From contig CAWJLW010000009.1 in the NCBI GenBank assembly GCA_963843795.1, positions 1-64,000 of the forward strand: a stretch of DNA of 64,000 nt. Direction: 5' to 3'. The translations under genes were made by a program, and so were the position numbers. The notes under the pieces are model-generated. The model saw only the letters and a list, made by a program, of their open reading frames with translations. It had not been told where the DNA came from and did no database searches. The number at the start of each line of letters is the position of its first letter. The first letter of the stretch is position 1. Positions 1 through 16,968 of this stretch are shown in pieces. The stretch is from an uncultured bacterium. GTDB taxonomy: Bacteria > Armatimonadota > Abditibacteriia > Abditibacteriales > Abditibacteriaceae.

Positions 1-2
1 GG

Positions 3-1058
3 CACGATTCGCGACGTCTTTTGGCGCTGATATTTGGCGTCAGTGGTGTGGCTTTGATCGGTTTGTTTGCCGCGCGTGGCTTCTGGCCGACGGTTGTGCT
101 GCTGTGCCTGCATAGCCTATCTTATGTCGCGATGACGCCCCTGCAGGACGGCCTTAATTTCGCGGTTCAAAAACAGCGTGCGGTCGCGGGAGAGAAAACG
201 CTTCCTTTTCATCAGATTCGCGTTTGGGGCACCGTGGGATTTATTGTGCCCAGTCTGCTGTTGTTCGGCTTTCTGGCGCAGGGCGCACACCTCAATGCGA
301 TTTTGATCGCAGCCAGCTTTTTTTGTTTGCTGGGCTTGCTCAATGCGCTCCGTTTGCCGGACACGCGAATCGGCTCCACTCCCTTAACCATTGCCGAAAA
401 TCCTTCTCCAGAAACTGATTCTCCTGCATCATCGAAAGCGCAATTGCCGTTTGTTGAAGCCTGGAATGTTCTGCGACGCCCACCGGTGATCGTTTTTTGT
501 CTCAGCCTGATGCTGGTGCATCTGACATCGGCGGCCTACTACGTATTTTATCCGCTGTATTTATCCGAAGTCATCGGTATTGAACAGCAATGGATTGGTC
601 TCATTTTCAATTTGGGAGTTCTCTGTGAAATCGGCTTTATGCTGGGCTTTGGCTGGTTACTTGATCGTTTAGGATTCAAAAAATTCATGGCTGTAGGCAT
701 GTTTTGTTTGGTCATTCGCTTGGGGATGCTGGCCGCTTTTCCCACCTTAACTGTAGCGATTGGTAGCCAGATTCTGCATGGAATGATTGTGATCGCCCTC
801 CAAATCGCGCCCGCTTTGTATCTGAATCGTCAGGCCGGCGACCAATACCGCACCACAATGCAAGGTCTGCTCACAATGTTGACCGGTGCGGCTCGCGTGG
901 CAGGAAGCATTATCGCCGGGCAAGTGGCCGAGGTAAGTTTGCTGCAAGCTTTCGGCTCTGCAGCGGTTCTTAGTTTGCTCGCAGCCGTGTTTTTCATCGG
1001 TGCTTTCCGCGATGATGCCAACAGCGATGTTTCTGCCGACATTCCTGCTCGAGCCTGA
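3..1058 (+). CDS. MFS transporter (nucleoside/oligosaccharide permease-like), probably 5'-truncated by the window edge
   Basis: Many hydrophobic helices, motifs 'IRVWGTVGF' and 'GWLLDRLGFK'. The frame is open back to base 3. Confidence 0.85.
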   Translation, partial: HDSRRLLALIFGVSGVALIGLFAARGFWPTVVLLCLHSLSYVAMTPLQDGLNFAVQKQRAVAGEKTLPFHQIRVWGTVGFIVPSLLLFGFLAQGAHLNAILIAASFFCLLGLLNALRLPDTRIGSTPLTIAENPSPETDSPASSKAQLPFVEAWNVLRRPPVIVFCLSLMLVHLTSAAYYVFYPLYLSEVIGIEQQWIGLIFNLGVLCEIGFMLGFGWLLDRLGFKKFMAVGMFCLVIRLGMLAAFPTLTVAIGSQILHGMIVIALQIAPALYLNRQAGDQYRTTMQGLLTMLTGAARVAGSIIAGQVAEVSLLQAFGSAAVLSLLAAVFFIGAFRDDANSDVSADIPARA

Positions 1059-1199
1059 ACACACATCCTGACACCATTTCATCGAAAAAATTGCTCTATT
1101 TTCAGGCATTCTGAACACATATCTATTGCAGCGTCGAATTCTGCCTTGCAAGTACTTGCAGAAATTAAAGTTTTTGTGAACACTTGTGCTGCTCTCCAT

Positions 1200-1217
1200 T
1201 GCTAACGCGCGTTAGCA
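1200..1217. promoter_or_regulatory. Perfect 18-bp palindrome TGCTAACGCGCGTTAGCA, candidate operator upstream of the CAZyme operon
   Basis: Perfect dyad in the MFS-GH95 intergenic region. Function is inferred. Confidence 0.4.
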
Positions 1218-1389
1218 GAATATTGTTGTCGGCTTTTTGTGACAATTGTCGCGAACTCTTATCGCGAGGCAGTTTGGCGTTTTTGTCTAAATTTTATTTA
1301 CGATGAGTGATATTGTGGATAAGGTTGGCGTTAGACGGTTTCGCTGGTTCTCAATAATCGTCCGGACAGCCGTATCCCCGAAGCGACGC

Positions 1390-1421
1390 GCCAGCGCCTC
1401 GTTAAGCCAGCGCCTCGTTAA
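1390..1421. repeat. 16-bp tandem duplication GCCAGCGCCTCGTTAA x2
   Basis: Direct repeat at 1390-1405 and 1406-1421. Confidence 0.9.
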
Positions 1422-1484
1422 GATGGGCTGTTTTAGCGGTGCGAATTGATTTTTGGCCCGCAAGTACTTGGATAAAGATAAATT

Positions 1485-7597
<6,113 letters not shown>

Positions 7598-7645
7598 GAA
7601 ATTTTGAACTTGTTAGAGCCGTCTGCAAAGACGAAAAGGAGTGGA

Positions 7646-10600
7646 ATGAAAACGCGATTTTTTCTGTTGGCCGCCACGTTGATGCTGGGCACGAACGCCT
7701 TTGCGCAAGACCCAAATTTTTATGTTTTTCTGTCGTTTGGGCAGTCGAACATGGAAGGTTTTCCGGGCATCGAAGAGCAGGACAAAGCGCCTGTCAGCGA
7801 ACGCTTTCGCATGCTACCTGCGGTCGATTTTCCCCAGATGCAACGCACAAAAGGGCAATGGTCGAGCGCCATTGCGCCCCTGTCGCGCCCGAATGCAGGC
7901 ATCGGACCGAGCGATTACTTTGGCCGCACTTTGGTCGCCAATCTTCCGGCCAATATCAAAGTCGGCATCGTCAATGTTTCCGTCGCGGGCTGCAAAATCG
8001 AGTTATTCGAGAAAAATAGTTATGGCGAATATGCCGCGACCGCTCCCGATTGGATGAAAAATGTCATCGCGGCTTACGGCGGCAATCCGTATCAGCGTCT
8101 GGTCGAAATGGCGCGCCTGGCGCAGAAAGATGGCGTCATCAAGGGAATTCTGCTACACCAAGGCGAATCGAATACCGGCGACAAAATGTGGCCGAACAAA
8201 GTCAAAGGCGTTTACGAAAATCTGCTGAGCGATTTGAACCTCAAAGCGACCGAAGTTCCATTGCTGGCAGGTGAATTAGTCGGCGCCGATCAAAACGGCG
8301 CGTGCGCCAGCATGAATGCCATCATTGACGATTTGCCCAAAACCATTCCCACCGCGCACGTAATTTCCTCACAGGGTTGCGCCGCACGACCAGACCATCT
8401 GCATTTCACGCCCGCCGGTTATCGCTTGCTGGGCCAGCGCTACGGCGAAACTATGCTTTCGCTGCTCGGTCTCACACCGAAAACTTCGGTTTCTAGCGCG
8501 CTGCTTTCCAACGTGGCGCTTTCCACAAACTCGCAACTCGCGCCGACAACCACGCGAAAAGGCGCTTCGTTGAAAGAGGCTTACGCGGGCCATTTCGCTG
8601 TCGGTGTGGCGATTAACCGTGGCGTCGCCATGAGCGGTGACGACGCTACCAACAAAGACGCGGCTTTGACGCGCCAGCAATACAACCAGATTTCGCCTGA
8701 AAATGATTTGAAGTGGGAAAGCATTCATCCGCGCGAAGGCGCCGATGGTTACAATTTCGGCCCCGCCGATGCGTTCGTCGATTTCGGCCTTAAGAACAAC
8801 ATGATGATTGTAGGCCACACGCTGGTCTGGCACGGCCAGACTCCGGCCTGGGTTTTTTCCGGCACGCACACATCTGACGTGCCCGCGCCCGCCAATCCTC
8901 CCGGCAATGGCCCAGGCAGGCGCCGTCGCGGTTTTGATATGAGTGCGCCGCACGCTTCGCGCGAAGAATTGCTGGCACGCATGCGGGAACATATTCACAC
9001 TGTCGTCGGGCGTTACAAGGGCAAAATCAAGGTGTGGGACGTGGTCAATGAAGCGCTTTCCGATGGCGGCCCGAATGTGCTACGAGTTTCGCCATGGCAG
9101 CAGATTATCGGCGACGATTTCATCGAAAAAGCGTTCGAATACGCGCACGAAGCCGACCCCGATGCGATTCTGCGCTACAACGATTACAGCTCTGGAGAAT
9201 CCGGCCAAACGCCAGAAGCTCATCACCTTGATCAAATCGCTGCAAGCCAAGAAAGTGCCGGTCATGGCGATTGGAACGCAAACGCATGTCAGCGCTTCTT
9301 CCCCGAGTTATGAAGAAGAAGATCAGGCGCTGACTGAAATGGAAGCGCTGGGTTTGCCGATTCACATCACTGAACTGGACGTCAACAGCGCGCAAGGCGG
9401 ACAGGGCGCGACCGGAGCCGATGTCGCCAACAACGCGGCGACCACGCAAGGCGGCTTGGTTTCCGAAGCCGACAAAAAACTCGCCGATCAATATAGCAAC
9501 CTGTTCAAGCTGTTCGTCAAGCATCCTTCGGTGAAAGTGGTGACGTTCTGGGGCGTCAACGATGGCGTTTCGTGGCGCGCTGCGGGCAAGCCGCTGCTTT
9601 TCGATAGCAACGATCAGCCCAAACCCGCATTCGACGCAGTGATTCAAGTCGTGCAAAACATTGCGTCCACTCCCGTTACCGCACCCAATCCGGCAGTTGC
9701 GCCTAAAGCTTTAGATAGCGCGGGCTGGAAACCGGCGACTTCCAATCAGGATGGCAAGCCGTATCCGCAAGTCGATGCCGAAGGTCGCGTGCGCGCGCGC
9801 GTGGTTGCGCCGCAAGCGCAATTGGTGCAGCTCGATATCGGCGGCGTGAAATATCCGCTGACCAAAAGCGAGGACGGCTCTTGGATTGGCGATTCGGCAC
9901 CGCAGGACGAGGGCTTTCATTACTATCAGCTCGTAATTGATGGCGCGCAGGTTCCCGACCCCAACAGCCTGTATTTTTACGGCGCGAGTCGTTGGGGCAG
10001 CGGCATCGAAATTCCCGCCAAAGACCAAGACTTTTACGCGCTCAAAAACGTGCCGCACGGTCAGGTGCGCGAAGTGCGCTACTTCTCCAAAAGCCAGAAT
10101 TCGATGCGTCACGCCTTTGTTTACACGCCGCCGCAATACGATAGCGTCAGCAAACAGCGCTTTCCCGTGCTGTATCTTCAACACGGCGGCGGCGAAAACG
10201 AATTCGGCTGGACCAGTCAGGGCCGCGCTGGATTGATTATGGACAACCTGCTCGCGCAAGGCAAAGCGCAACCGTTCATCATCGTGATGGAAAACGGCGG
10301 CGATATTCGTCGCAGCGCGGCTCCGCAAGCGCCCGCTGGCGGACCGGCGCCAAATGGCGGAGCGGCGAATGCGCCGCGTGGCGCGCGCGGACCGGGCGGT
10401 CGGATGTTCGATTTCAGCGGTTTCGAGCGTCTTCTGGTCGATGATTTAATTCCTTACATCGACACCAATTTTCGCACCGTAGCCAAACCCACGCAGCGCG
10501 CGATGGCCGGACTTTCGATGGGCGGCATGCAAACGCGAACCGTGACCCTCGCCAATCCGAAATTATTTTCGGCTGTGGGCATTTTCAGCGGCGGCAGCAT

Positions 10601-10829
10601 CGCGCCAACCGAAATCGCCGATATGGCGGCGTATAAAAAGCAGATGAAAACCGTGTTTTTCAGTTTCGGTGGTCGTGAAGGCGGCGCGGTGAGCGCCAAA
10701 GCCAACGCCGATGCTTTGAAACAAGCGGGCGTGAACAGCTACTATTACGAATCGCCGCTGACCGGCCACGAATGGCAGTCGTGGCGCCGCAGCTTTTATC
10801 AGTTCGCCCAACTGATTTTCAAGAACTGA
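7646..10829 (+). CDS. Multimodular xylan enzyme: CE6/SASA acetylesterase + GH10 xylanase + CBM48/CE1 esterase, +1 frameshift near 9191
   Basis: CE6 motifs GQSNMEG, HQGESN, DHLHF. GH10 motifs PENDLKW, GHTLVWH, WDVVNE, YNDY, ITELD. CE1 motif GLSMGG. The GH10 halves lie in ORFs 7604..9313 and 8943..10829. AAGGAG precedes ATG 7646. Confidence 0.88.
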
Positions 10830-10876
10830 AACGCATAAAGTGTGCTACAAGTACTTACAGACCAGCATCATTGCCT

Positions 10877-10928
10877 GACTCTGTGTCATTGCCACCGTCG
10901 CAAGGATTCTTCGCAATGACACAGAGTC
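10877..10928. terminator. Stem-loop with 16-bp perfect arms between convergent genes (terminator or REP-like)
   Basis: GACTCTGTGTCATTGC (10877-10892) and GCAATGACACAGAGTC (10913-10928). Confidence 0.6.
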
Positions 10929-11284
10929 CCTTCAGGAGGAGTAAGAATTGAATGCAAACACTATACAGCCGAGTTCACGCGTGCGAGCTGTCGCAGCGAA
11001 TCACCAAGTAGAAGACTGAAAGCAGAAGACTAAAACACGGGCTTTTTTGATTAAAGTGCCGATAACGCATTCGCGTAACTGAGACGTCGTTGTGCTATGG
11101 GGCTGCAATGTCGAGGCTGGGAGTTGTGGCAAGTGGCTTTTTGCATGGTGCAAAATCAGGGTAACGTCTGTTCCTGCAAGCGCGTGGTTCGGTTGATGCA
11201 GATATCGCTATCCAAAGTCCATAGGAAGAGGCAGGCCTAGCGCACCACCAGTTCCGATTGGCGGTATCAATCGGGTGTGGGTCG

Positions 11285-14200
11285 TCACCTAGCTGTATTC
11301 GGCAGTGTTTTAAATTGCCATGTGCCCCACAGTTGCGGAGTAAGTTGGGCTTCGCTGGGCACATCGGCGGTGATCGCGGTGGCTTTGTTGCTCCAGTAGA
11401 CGCGCGCTGTCGTTTGCGTACCGGTGCCCCGTAAAATGCCTATATCGCCTTTAATGTTTTGACCCGCTTCGGGCTTTAGTCCCAGTGCCGATAGTGGCAC
11501 GCTGATTTCGTAATTGCCCTCGTTGTCATTTGCCATTTGCACTTGTGAGGAAATGTCCTCCACGCGATCAAGGGTGATGGTGCGCCACGGCGAGGAAAAA
11601 GGCACCGGTTCATTGCTGCCCGGCACAACGGCGCGATAAAGCAGCGCAAACGTTTTGTCTTTGACGCGTGTAATTAGCAATCGCACATCCCCTTCAACGG
11701 GTGCGCCGCGTTTGGCGTCGGCGCCGGAATTGGTGCCGATCATCAAATCAAGCGCGCCGCCAGTTTTAAAAGGCGCATTAGCCACTTCGCCCGAATTGCG
11801 TAGCAAATCGCGATTACCAGTTCGCCATGCTGCGAATAACTTATCGCCCGCAATGCTAACTGCGCCCGAAACATCGTAAGGCTTAGAATCCGAGTTGAAA
11901 TTCGCCGCCACGCCGCGTTTATCAATCGAAGCCCAATCGGCGTTTTGCCAATCTTCTAATTTGCCATCCACCTGTGGCGCATCCGCGCGCAAAGCGACTT
12001 CCAGAGTGGTTTTGCCCTGATTTTTCTGGCGCTCGGCTTCAGCTTGCACTTGAAATTCCTGTGCCTTTTGCAAATCCTCAGAGCTGACGCGCAAATTCAT
12101 GGGCGCGATGCGTTTTATGGTGTTAAGGCCGTCCACGCGCACGATATTGGGCAGGCTGCTGTTCAAATAAACTGTGCCGTCCTGCGTTTGCGTGATGGTC
12201 GGCCAAAAGTTTTCGTCGTGCAGGCTGATGTCATTCACTTTCATGTTGCGCTCGGCGATGGGCATTGTCCACAGTTTGCCTTGCCGCACATCTTGAAAAA
12301 GCTGCGCCACAAAGAGGCCATCTTGTGTGAGCAAATACATATTGCCCATGTTGCCATTGATGCCCCACAGCGGTCCGGCTTCGCCTTTGGGCGTCACCAT
12401 GCCGCCGATGAGTCGCGTGGTGCCGATAATTTCGCCCGCAAATGTAGGAACCGGCGCTTCGTGGCTGGCGTGCAAACCGGGCCACAAATTGGGATAACTC
12501 CACAAGGCTTTGCCGTTCTGCGCACCGCCCAATCCCATCGCGTTAAAGGGTTGGGGTGCATTGCTGAATACTGCCCAACCATCGGTTCCAACCAACGCTT
12601 GACCGCCGCCACTGCTGGCGGGATGATTGGCGCCTTGCACCAAAACTTCGCCTTTATCGGCGTAGCGCGGCACGCCGTTGGCCGCGAAACTTTGCGGCTT
12701 GAAATGTTCGGCATGTCCGCTCAAATTGGCGACGACAAATGATGCATCGGGCATAACCGTTACGCCATCTACCGAGCCGCCTTCAATCTGGCGAAAAGTC
12801 ACTTCGGGCGCTTGAATACGCGCATCGCCATTTAAGTCTTGCCAGAGGAAAAACAGGGAAGTTTGCCCGGATAAAGTTGCGTTTTGAGGCAAACGCGCCG
12901 CGAGATCAGCTTTGGATGGGTCGAGCGGCATTCCCAAAGGCCAATCGGTGTCTATATTGGCCTCGATGCGCTTGAAACGTAAATCGCTTAAATTGTTGTC
13001 ACGGAAGTACTCGGTATTCAGGCCGTTGGTTTGTGAGTCCGCATCGGGTCGCAGCGCCGTTGTGGGAACAATTTCCAAAGATTGACTCTGGCTCTGCCAC
13101 AGCAAATGCGTGCTGGCACCGCCGCCTTGCTGGCGGTATTCCAATTTGATGCTGTAAGCCTTGCCCGCTTCCAGTTTTACGCTGCCCTTAAATTCGCCAC
13201 CCGCGTTCCACTGGTCAAATAGGGCCTCATTATTAATCCATAAACGCGCTCCATCATCGCTGCGCACCACAAAGGTGTAATCCTCGGAAAATTGGGGCGT
13301 GATAACGCCGCTCCAACGCACCGAAAAGTTATCGCGTTGCGGCAATAAATCGCGGAAGATGCTCCAATCGTTGGCCTGTCCCATCGCGGCAACGGGGCGC
13401 GCGATTCCGTTTTTGCCCAGAAGCCACAAGCCCGCTATGGACGCACCATTAGTCGGATTCGAGTTGTAGCAATTAGTCAAATACTGACGGCCATTTGTAT
13501 AAATGGGCGTTTCGGGTTGGCCGTTGGCTCCATAGCCATCGGGCAATTGTAAATCATTTTTATCGGGCCGAAAAAACACATTGATCGGATGGTTTTCACC
13601 GTTTTTCCAGTCGAGTTTGAACTCCATGCCGGTGTAGTAAAAACGCGTTTTGTCTCGTGGATCGAGCGTGCCGCCGCCGCCATATTGCGACGGGCCATAA
13701 AATGCTTTCCACAACGCTCCGGTTTGGGTGTCCCAAACACTGACGCGCTTGGGTTGATAATCTTCTTCGGCCACCCACAGGCGCCCATTGACATCAATCG
13801 ACAGGCCTTTCGGGTTGTTCATATGGTTGACATCATATGGCCCCGCTTTGGGCGCTCCGGCTTTGCCAATGGCGCGCAGCATTTTGCCGTTGGTGTCGAA
13901 AACTTTCACCTGATGGCTGTCACCGCGCTCGCTGATGTAAATATTGCCGGCAGCATCTAAGGTAATGCCCTGCGGGTCTTCGAGGTTGCTCGATAGAATT
14001 TGCGGCGCAGGCAATTTGCTTACGTCTTGGGCCACTGGCGGCGCATTGTAAACCCCAAGGGTGTTGATAGACCAGTAGCTGTCGGTCGTGGTGCCGGTTT
14101 GCGTGATTTTGAAATAGCGCGTGGTGGTAGGCGCTATCGCAATCGAAGTGACACCGAAAACACCCTCACCCGTCGTGATGGTTTTCCAATTCTGCCCGTC

Positions 14201-16504
14201 GTCGGAAACCGCTAATTCGTAACTTTTAGGCGAATCTCGATCCGCGTTGGAAGTCAGCACCAGCAGCGAAAAAGTCTGCGGCGTTTTCATGTCCACTGTG
14301 AACGATTGGCCGGACGCCTGCCAGCCATTGGTTGACCAGCGGCTATTGGCATCGCTATCAAGCGCCTTGCTCGCGTCTTCGCCGTGCGTGCTGGCCGACG
14401 CTGCCCAATTAGTCGAATCAAGGCGCGCGGCGGGCGCGAAGGAGGGCGGCAAACTGTAACGCTGCAGTTGATTGCCGGATAAGGCCAATAAGCGGCCTGA
14501 GGCATCAAAAGCCACGCCGCGTCCATCGGGCAAAGCCACTAAAGCACGCTGGCGATTTAATTCGGTATCTACCAAAAGCAGTTGGTTTTGCTTGGGCAGT
14601 GTCGCCGCCAACAAGCCATTGCGCGCGGCGAGGCCGCCCAATACGGAACTGTCTTTTTTCTCTTGTTCTGAACTGCCGGGAAATTTAAATGACGGATTCA
14701 ACACGACCCTATCGCCGCTTGGCGTGAGCGCGGTTAGACGCAGTTCGCCTTCCCATGCCGCGCCGACATAAGCGTAAGCATCGGGCGCCGGTTTATCGCC
14801 CGTATCGCGCGCCAGATAAGGCGCTGCCGTCCAGTTGCCGCCAATCCAGCCGCGTCCCCATTGTTTGCGACCATTCAAATCGACGCCCGCCAGACCACTG
14901 CCGCCTTCGCTGACATAACTACCCAAAAGTACTTGCGCCTGGCTTTTGGGGTCGTTACGATTGGCGGGCACAAACAGCGTGCTGGAAGGCGGCGTGTGAT
15001 TGGTCAGCCAGCCACCGGTGCCGTCTTGCGTGTCCCACGCCGGATTACCCGCGTTGTAAACCGAAAATTCATAACGCAAATCAAGAGCTTTGCGATACAG
15101 GCCGCGCACGCGATACTGTCCCGGCACCACGAATTGAGCCGGAATATGATACAAACCGTGATGAGCCGCTTCGGGGTCGCGCGCCAAATCATCGGTGCCA
15201 TCCCACCACACCACGTTTTCCCCGGCTGGAAAAAAGGTTTCCGACACCAAGTTACGCACGCGCTTGCCGCTCATGCCTTCAATAACCAACGTCACATAAG
15301 CCGCGTGGGGCAAAGTAAAGCGCACGGGGATAGGCGCGTGCGGCGCATCTTGTTCAACGGCTGGAACCGGGAGCAGCGCGGTTTTAAGTTCGGCTTTATC
15401 CAACGTTTGCAAGGCCAGCAATTCGCCCAGCCAAACCCGCTTGCCGTTTTTAGAGTTGCCGTTCATGTGCGGATGCCCTTCGCGGGTGACTTTATTGAGG
15501 CGCAGGCGCAGGGCACGCGTGGTGACATTTTTGCCAAAGTCGAGCCAGTTCGGCCCGAGTTGACGTGGATATTGGTTTTCGAGGTTGTCCCAGGTGGAAA
15601 TGGTCTTCCAGTCGGTTTCGCTGGCCTCACGCGGATGTTTGTTTTCCGGCCCCTGATAAATTTGCACTTCTGCCGCGCCAAAACCGGCCCAGAGAGCATT
15701 CAAACCGCGCAACGTAACGGCGCGCGGCCAAGTGAGAATCAGCCATTCAGGATTTTCGGCCACTGGTTGCGCGGCGCCTTCCGGCCCGTTATCCCACGCA
15801 TTCCAAGTGCCATCGTTGCTGTTGTTATTGATTTTCGACACTGCTTCATTGCGCGAACGTGCCGTCGCTACTGCTTGGGGCGCAATGTTGGCAAAGCGGT
15901 CGGATAACACCAAAACGCCGCCCAGCCAACCGGCATAAGAGCGGTCGGTGGGCGCTGCCGTGTGCGTGAAACGCAATGCACGTGTCGAAGTATTGGGAGG
16001 CAAAACCCACAACGCGTAATCTTCGCGGTCGGCTTCGCTGCCAGAGATCGCGGCACTGCCGGTGCCCGTCATTCGTTGGGCCGGTAGCCACTGCGCTTCG
16101 TTGCCCATGTCGCCGGGATAAGCCGCCGAACTTTTTAATACGCTGAGTTGACCGCCGCCGCGCGTCAAAACCGAGCCAACAACCAGCGGTGTTTTCCATC
16201 CCAGTCGCAGATAGCGCGGACCCGGTTTTTTTGAATCGCTAAAGCTCACACCGTCCCATTCGGGTGCTGAATCTTGTGTCCAGAAAACATGGCGCGGCCC
16301 GTCTTTTTGCTCCATTGGTTTTTCCGCGCTATCGACCCATTGCGCAAAAGCTGCCGTGTCCAGATCGTCAGCCAAAAGTGGCGTATCGAAGGCGCTTTTA
16401 GCGACTACGTTGGGTTGTGCAACCGCAGGTTGATGCGCTGCCCAGAAAGAAAAAAGAGTAAGGGAAAGCGCGCAGTAATGCGCGCGAAGCGGATTCATTT
16501 TCAT
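11285..16504 (-). CDS. Giant secreted protein of unknown function: FlgD-Ig-like, NHL/beta-propeller, F5/8-C (CBM32-like), PA14 and C-terminal CBM9-like domains
   Basis: Signal peptide. 'RVRNLV...WDG' (FlgD-Ig), 'PQGITLDAAGNIYISE' (NHL), 'ALDSDANSRWST' (F5/8), 'DNFSVRWSG...SDDGARLWIN' (PA14), 'VDGKLEDW' (CBM9-like). Confidence 0.8.
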   Translation of the reverse strand: MKMNPLRAHYCALSLTLFSFWAAHQPAVAQPNVVAKSAFDTPLLADDLDTAAFAQWVDSAEKPMEQKDGPRHVFWTQDSAPEWDGVSFSDSKKPGPRYLRLGWKTPLVVGSVLTRGGGQLSVLKSSAAYPGDMGNEAQWLPAQRMTGTGSAAISGSEADREDYALWVLPPNTSTRALRFTHTAAPTDRSYAGWLGGVLVLSDRFANIAPQAVATARSRNEAVSKINNNSNDGTWNAWDNGPEGAAQPVAENPEWLILTWPRAVTLRGLNALWAGFGAAEVQIYQGPENKHPREASETDWKTISTWDNLENQYPRQLGPNWLDFGKNVTTRALRLRLNKVTREGHPHMNGNSKNGKRVWLGELLALQTLDKAELKTALLPVPAVEQDAPHAPIPVRFTLPHAAYVTLVIEGMSGKRVRNLVSETFFPAGENVVWWDGTDDLARDPEAAHHGLYHIPAQFVVPGQYRVRGLYRKALDLRYEFSVYNAGNPAWDTQDGTGGWLTNHTPPSSTLFVPANRNDPKSQAQVLLGSYVSEGGSGLAGVDLNGRKQWGRGWIGGNWTAAPYLARDTGDKPAPDAYAYVGAAWEGELRLTALTPSGDRVVLNPSFKFPGSSEQEKKDSSVLGGLAARNGLLAATLPKQNQLLLVDTELNRQRALVALPDGRGVAFDASGRLLALSGNQLQRYSLPPSFAPAARLDSTNWAASASTHGEDASKALDSDANSRWSTNGWQASGQSFTVDMKTPQTFSLLVLTSNADRDSPKSYELAVSDDGQNWKTITTGEGVFGVTSIAIAPTTTRYFKITQTGTTTDSYWSINTLGVYNAPPVAQDVSKLPAPQILSSNLEDPQGITLDAAGNIYISERGDSHQVKVFDTNGKMLRAIGKAGAPKAGPYDVNHMNNPKGLSIDVNGRLWVAEEDYQPKRVSVWDTQTGALWKAFYGPSQYGGGGTLDPRDKTRFYYTGMEFKLDWKNGENHPINVFFRPDKNDLQLPDGYGANGQPETPIYTNGRQYLTNCYNSNPTNGASIAGLWLLGKNGIARPVAAMGQANDWSIFRDLLPQRDNFSVRWSGVITPQFSEDYTFVVRSDDGARLWINNEALFDQWNAGGEFKGSVKLEAGKAYSIKLEYRQQGGGASTHLLWQSQSQSLEIVPTTALRPDADSQTNGLNTEYFRDNNLSDLRFKRIEANIDTDWPLGMPLDPSKADLAARLPQNATLSGQTSLFFLWQDLNGDARIQAPEVTFRQIEGGSVDGVTVMPDASFVVANLSGHAEHFKPQSFAANGVPRYADKGEVLVQGANHPASSGGGQALVGTDGWAVFSNAPQPFNAMGLGGAQNGKALWSYPNLWPGLHASHEAPVPTFAGEIIGTTRLIGGMVTPKGEAGPLWGINGNMGNMYLLTQDGLFVAQLFQDVRQGKLWTMPIAERNMKVNDISLHDENFWPTITQTQDGTVYLNSSLPNIVRVDGLNTIKRIAPMNLRVSSEDLQKAQEFQVQAEAERQKNQGKTTLEVALRADAPQVDGKLEDWQNADWASIDKRGVAANFNSDSKPYDVSGAVSIAGDKLFAAWRTGNRDLLRNSGEVANAPFKTGGALDLMIGTNSGADAKRGAPVEGDVRLLITRVKDKTFALLYRAVVPGSNEPVPFSSPWRTITLDRVEDISSQVQMANDNEGNYEISVPLSALGLKPEAGQNIKGDIGILRGTGTQTTARVYWSNKATAITADVPSEAQLTPQLWGTWQFKTLPNTAR

Positions 16505-16911
16505 ACTTTGATTTTGAAACTTTTCACTGGCTCAGGTAGAGCAACGGACGCTCTTGGACCGGCGATGCGAAATGGAAATCGTTGGCAGGTCAGATCAGCG
16601 ATGAAGAAGCCGAAGCCGGTGTCGCCCGTCGAACGTGCAGTAATTGACGACTTATGCCGAACTTTTTTATCATGCCAAGCACAATCATCTGCTTCGTGTG
16701 ACCTCCGCAAGTACTTGCAGAGTTGCCCCACATGTAAAGTCCCAGGCACGATCATGTCCGCCGTGTGACTCTCCCTAAAATGCAAGGTTATGTTGCGTCT
16801 CAAACCCATACTTTCACGCCTTTTTTCGCCACATGGCGCGATGTTTTCGCATTCATCATTACGTTGGAAAATTGCGTTGCAAAAGGATTTCTCTCCCTCT
16901 CGACAAACCCT

Positions 16912-16928
16912 TTGCAATAATGTTGCAA
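16912..16928. promoter_or_regulatory. Dyad TTGCAA-N5-TTGCAA, candidate operator upstream of the GntR regulator
   Basis: TTGCAATAATGTTGCAA in the divergent promoter region, next to AT-rich TATAAT-like boxes. Confidence 0.4.
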
Positions 16929-16968
16929 CGAACGCTTATAATTACCGAAATATAGTTATAATAAAGGA

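Noticed and set aside
14861..15907. Long antisense ORFs (also 18214..19245, 30294..31196, 63085..63954)
   Set aside because: Shadow frames of well-supported GC-rich genes.
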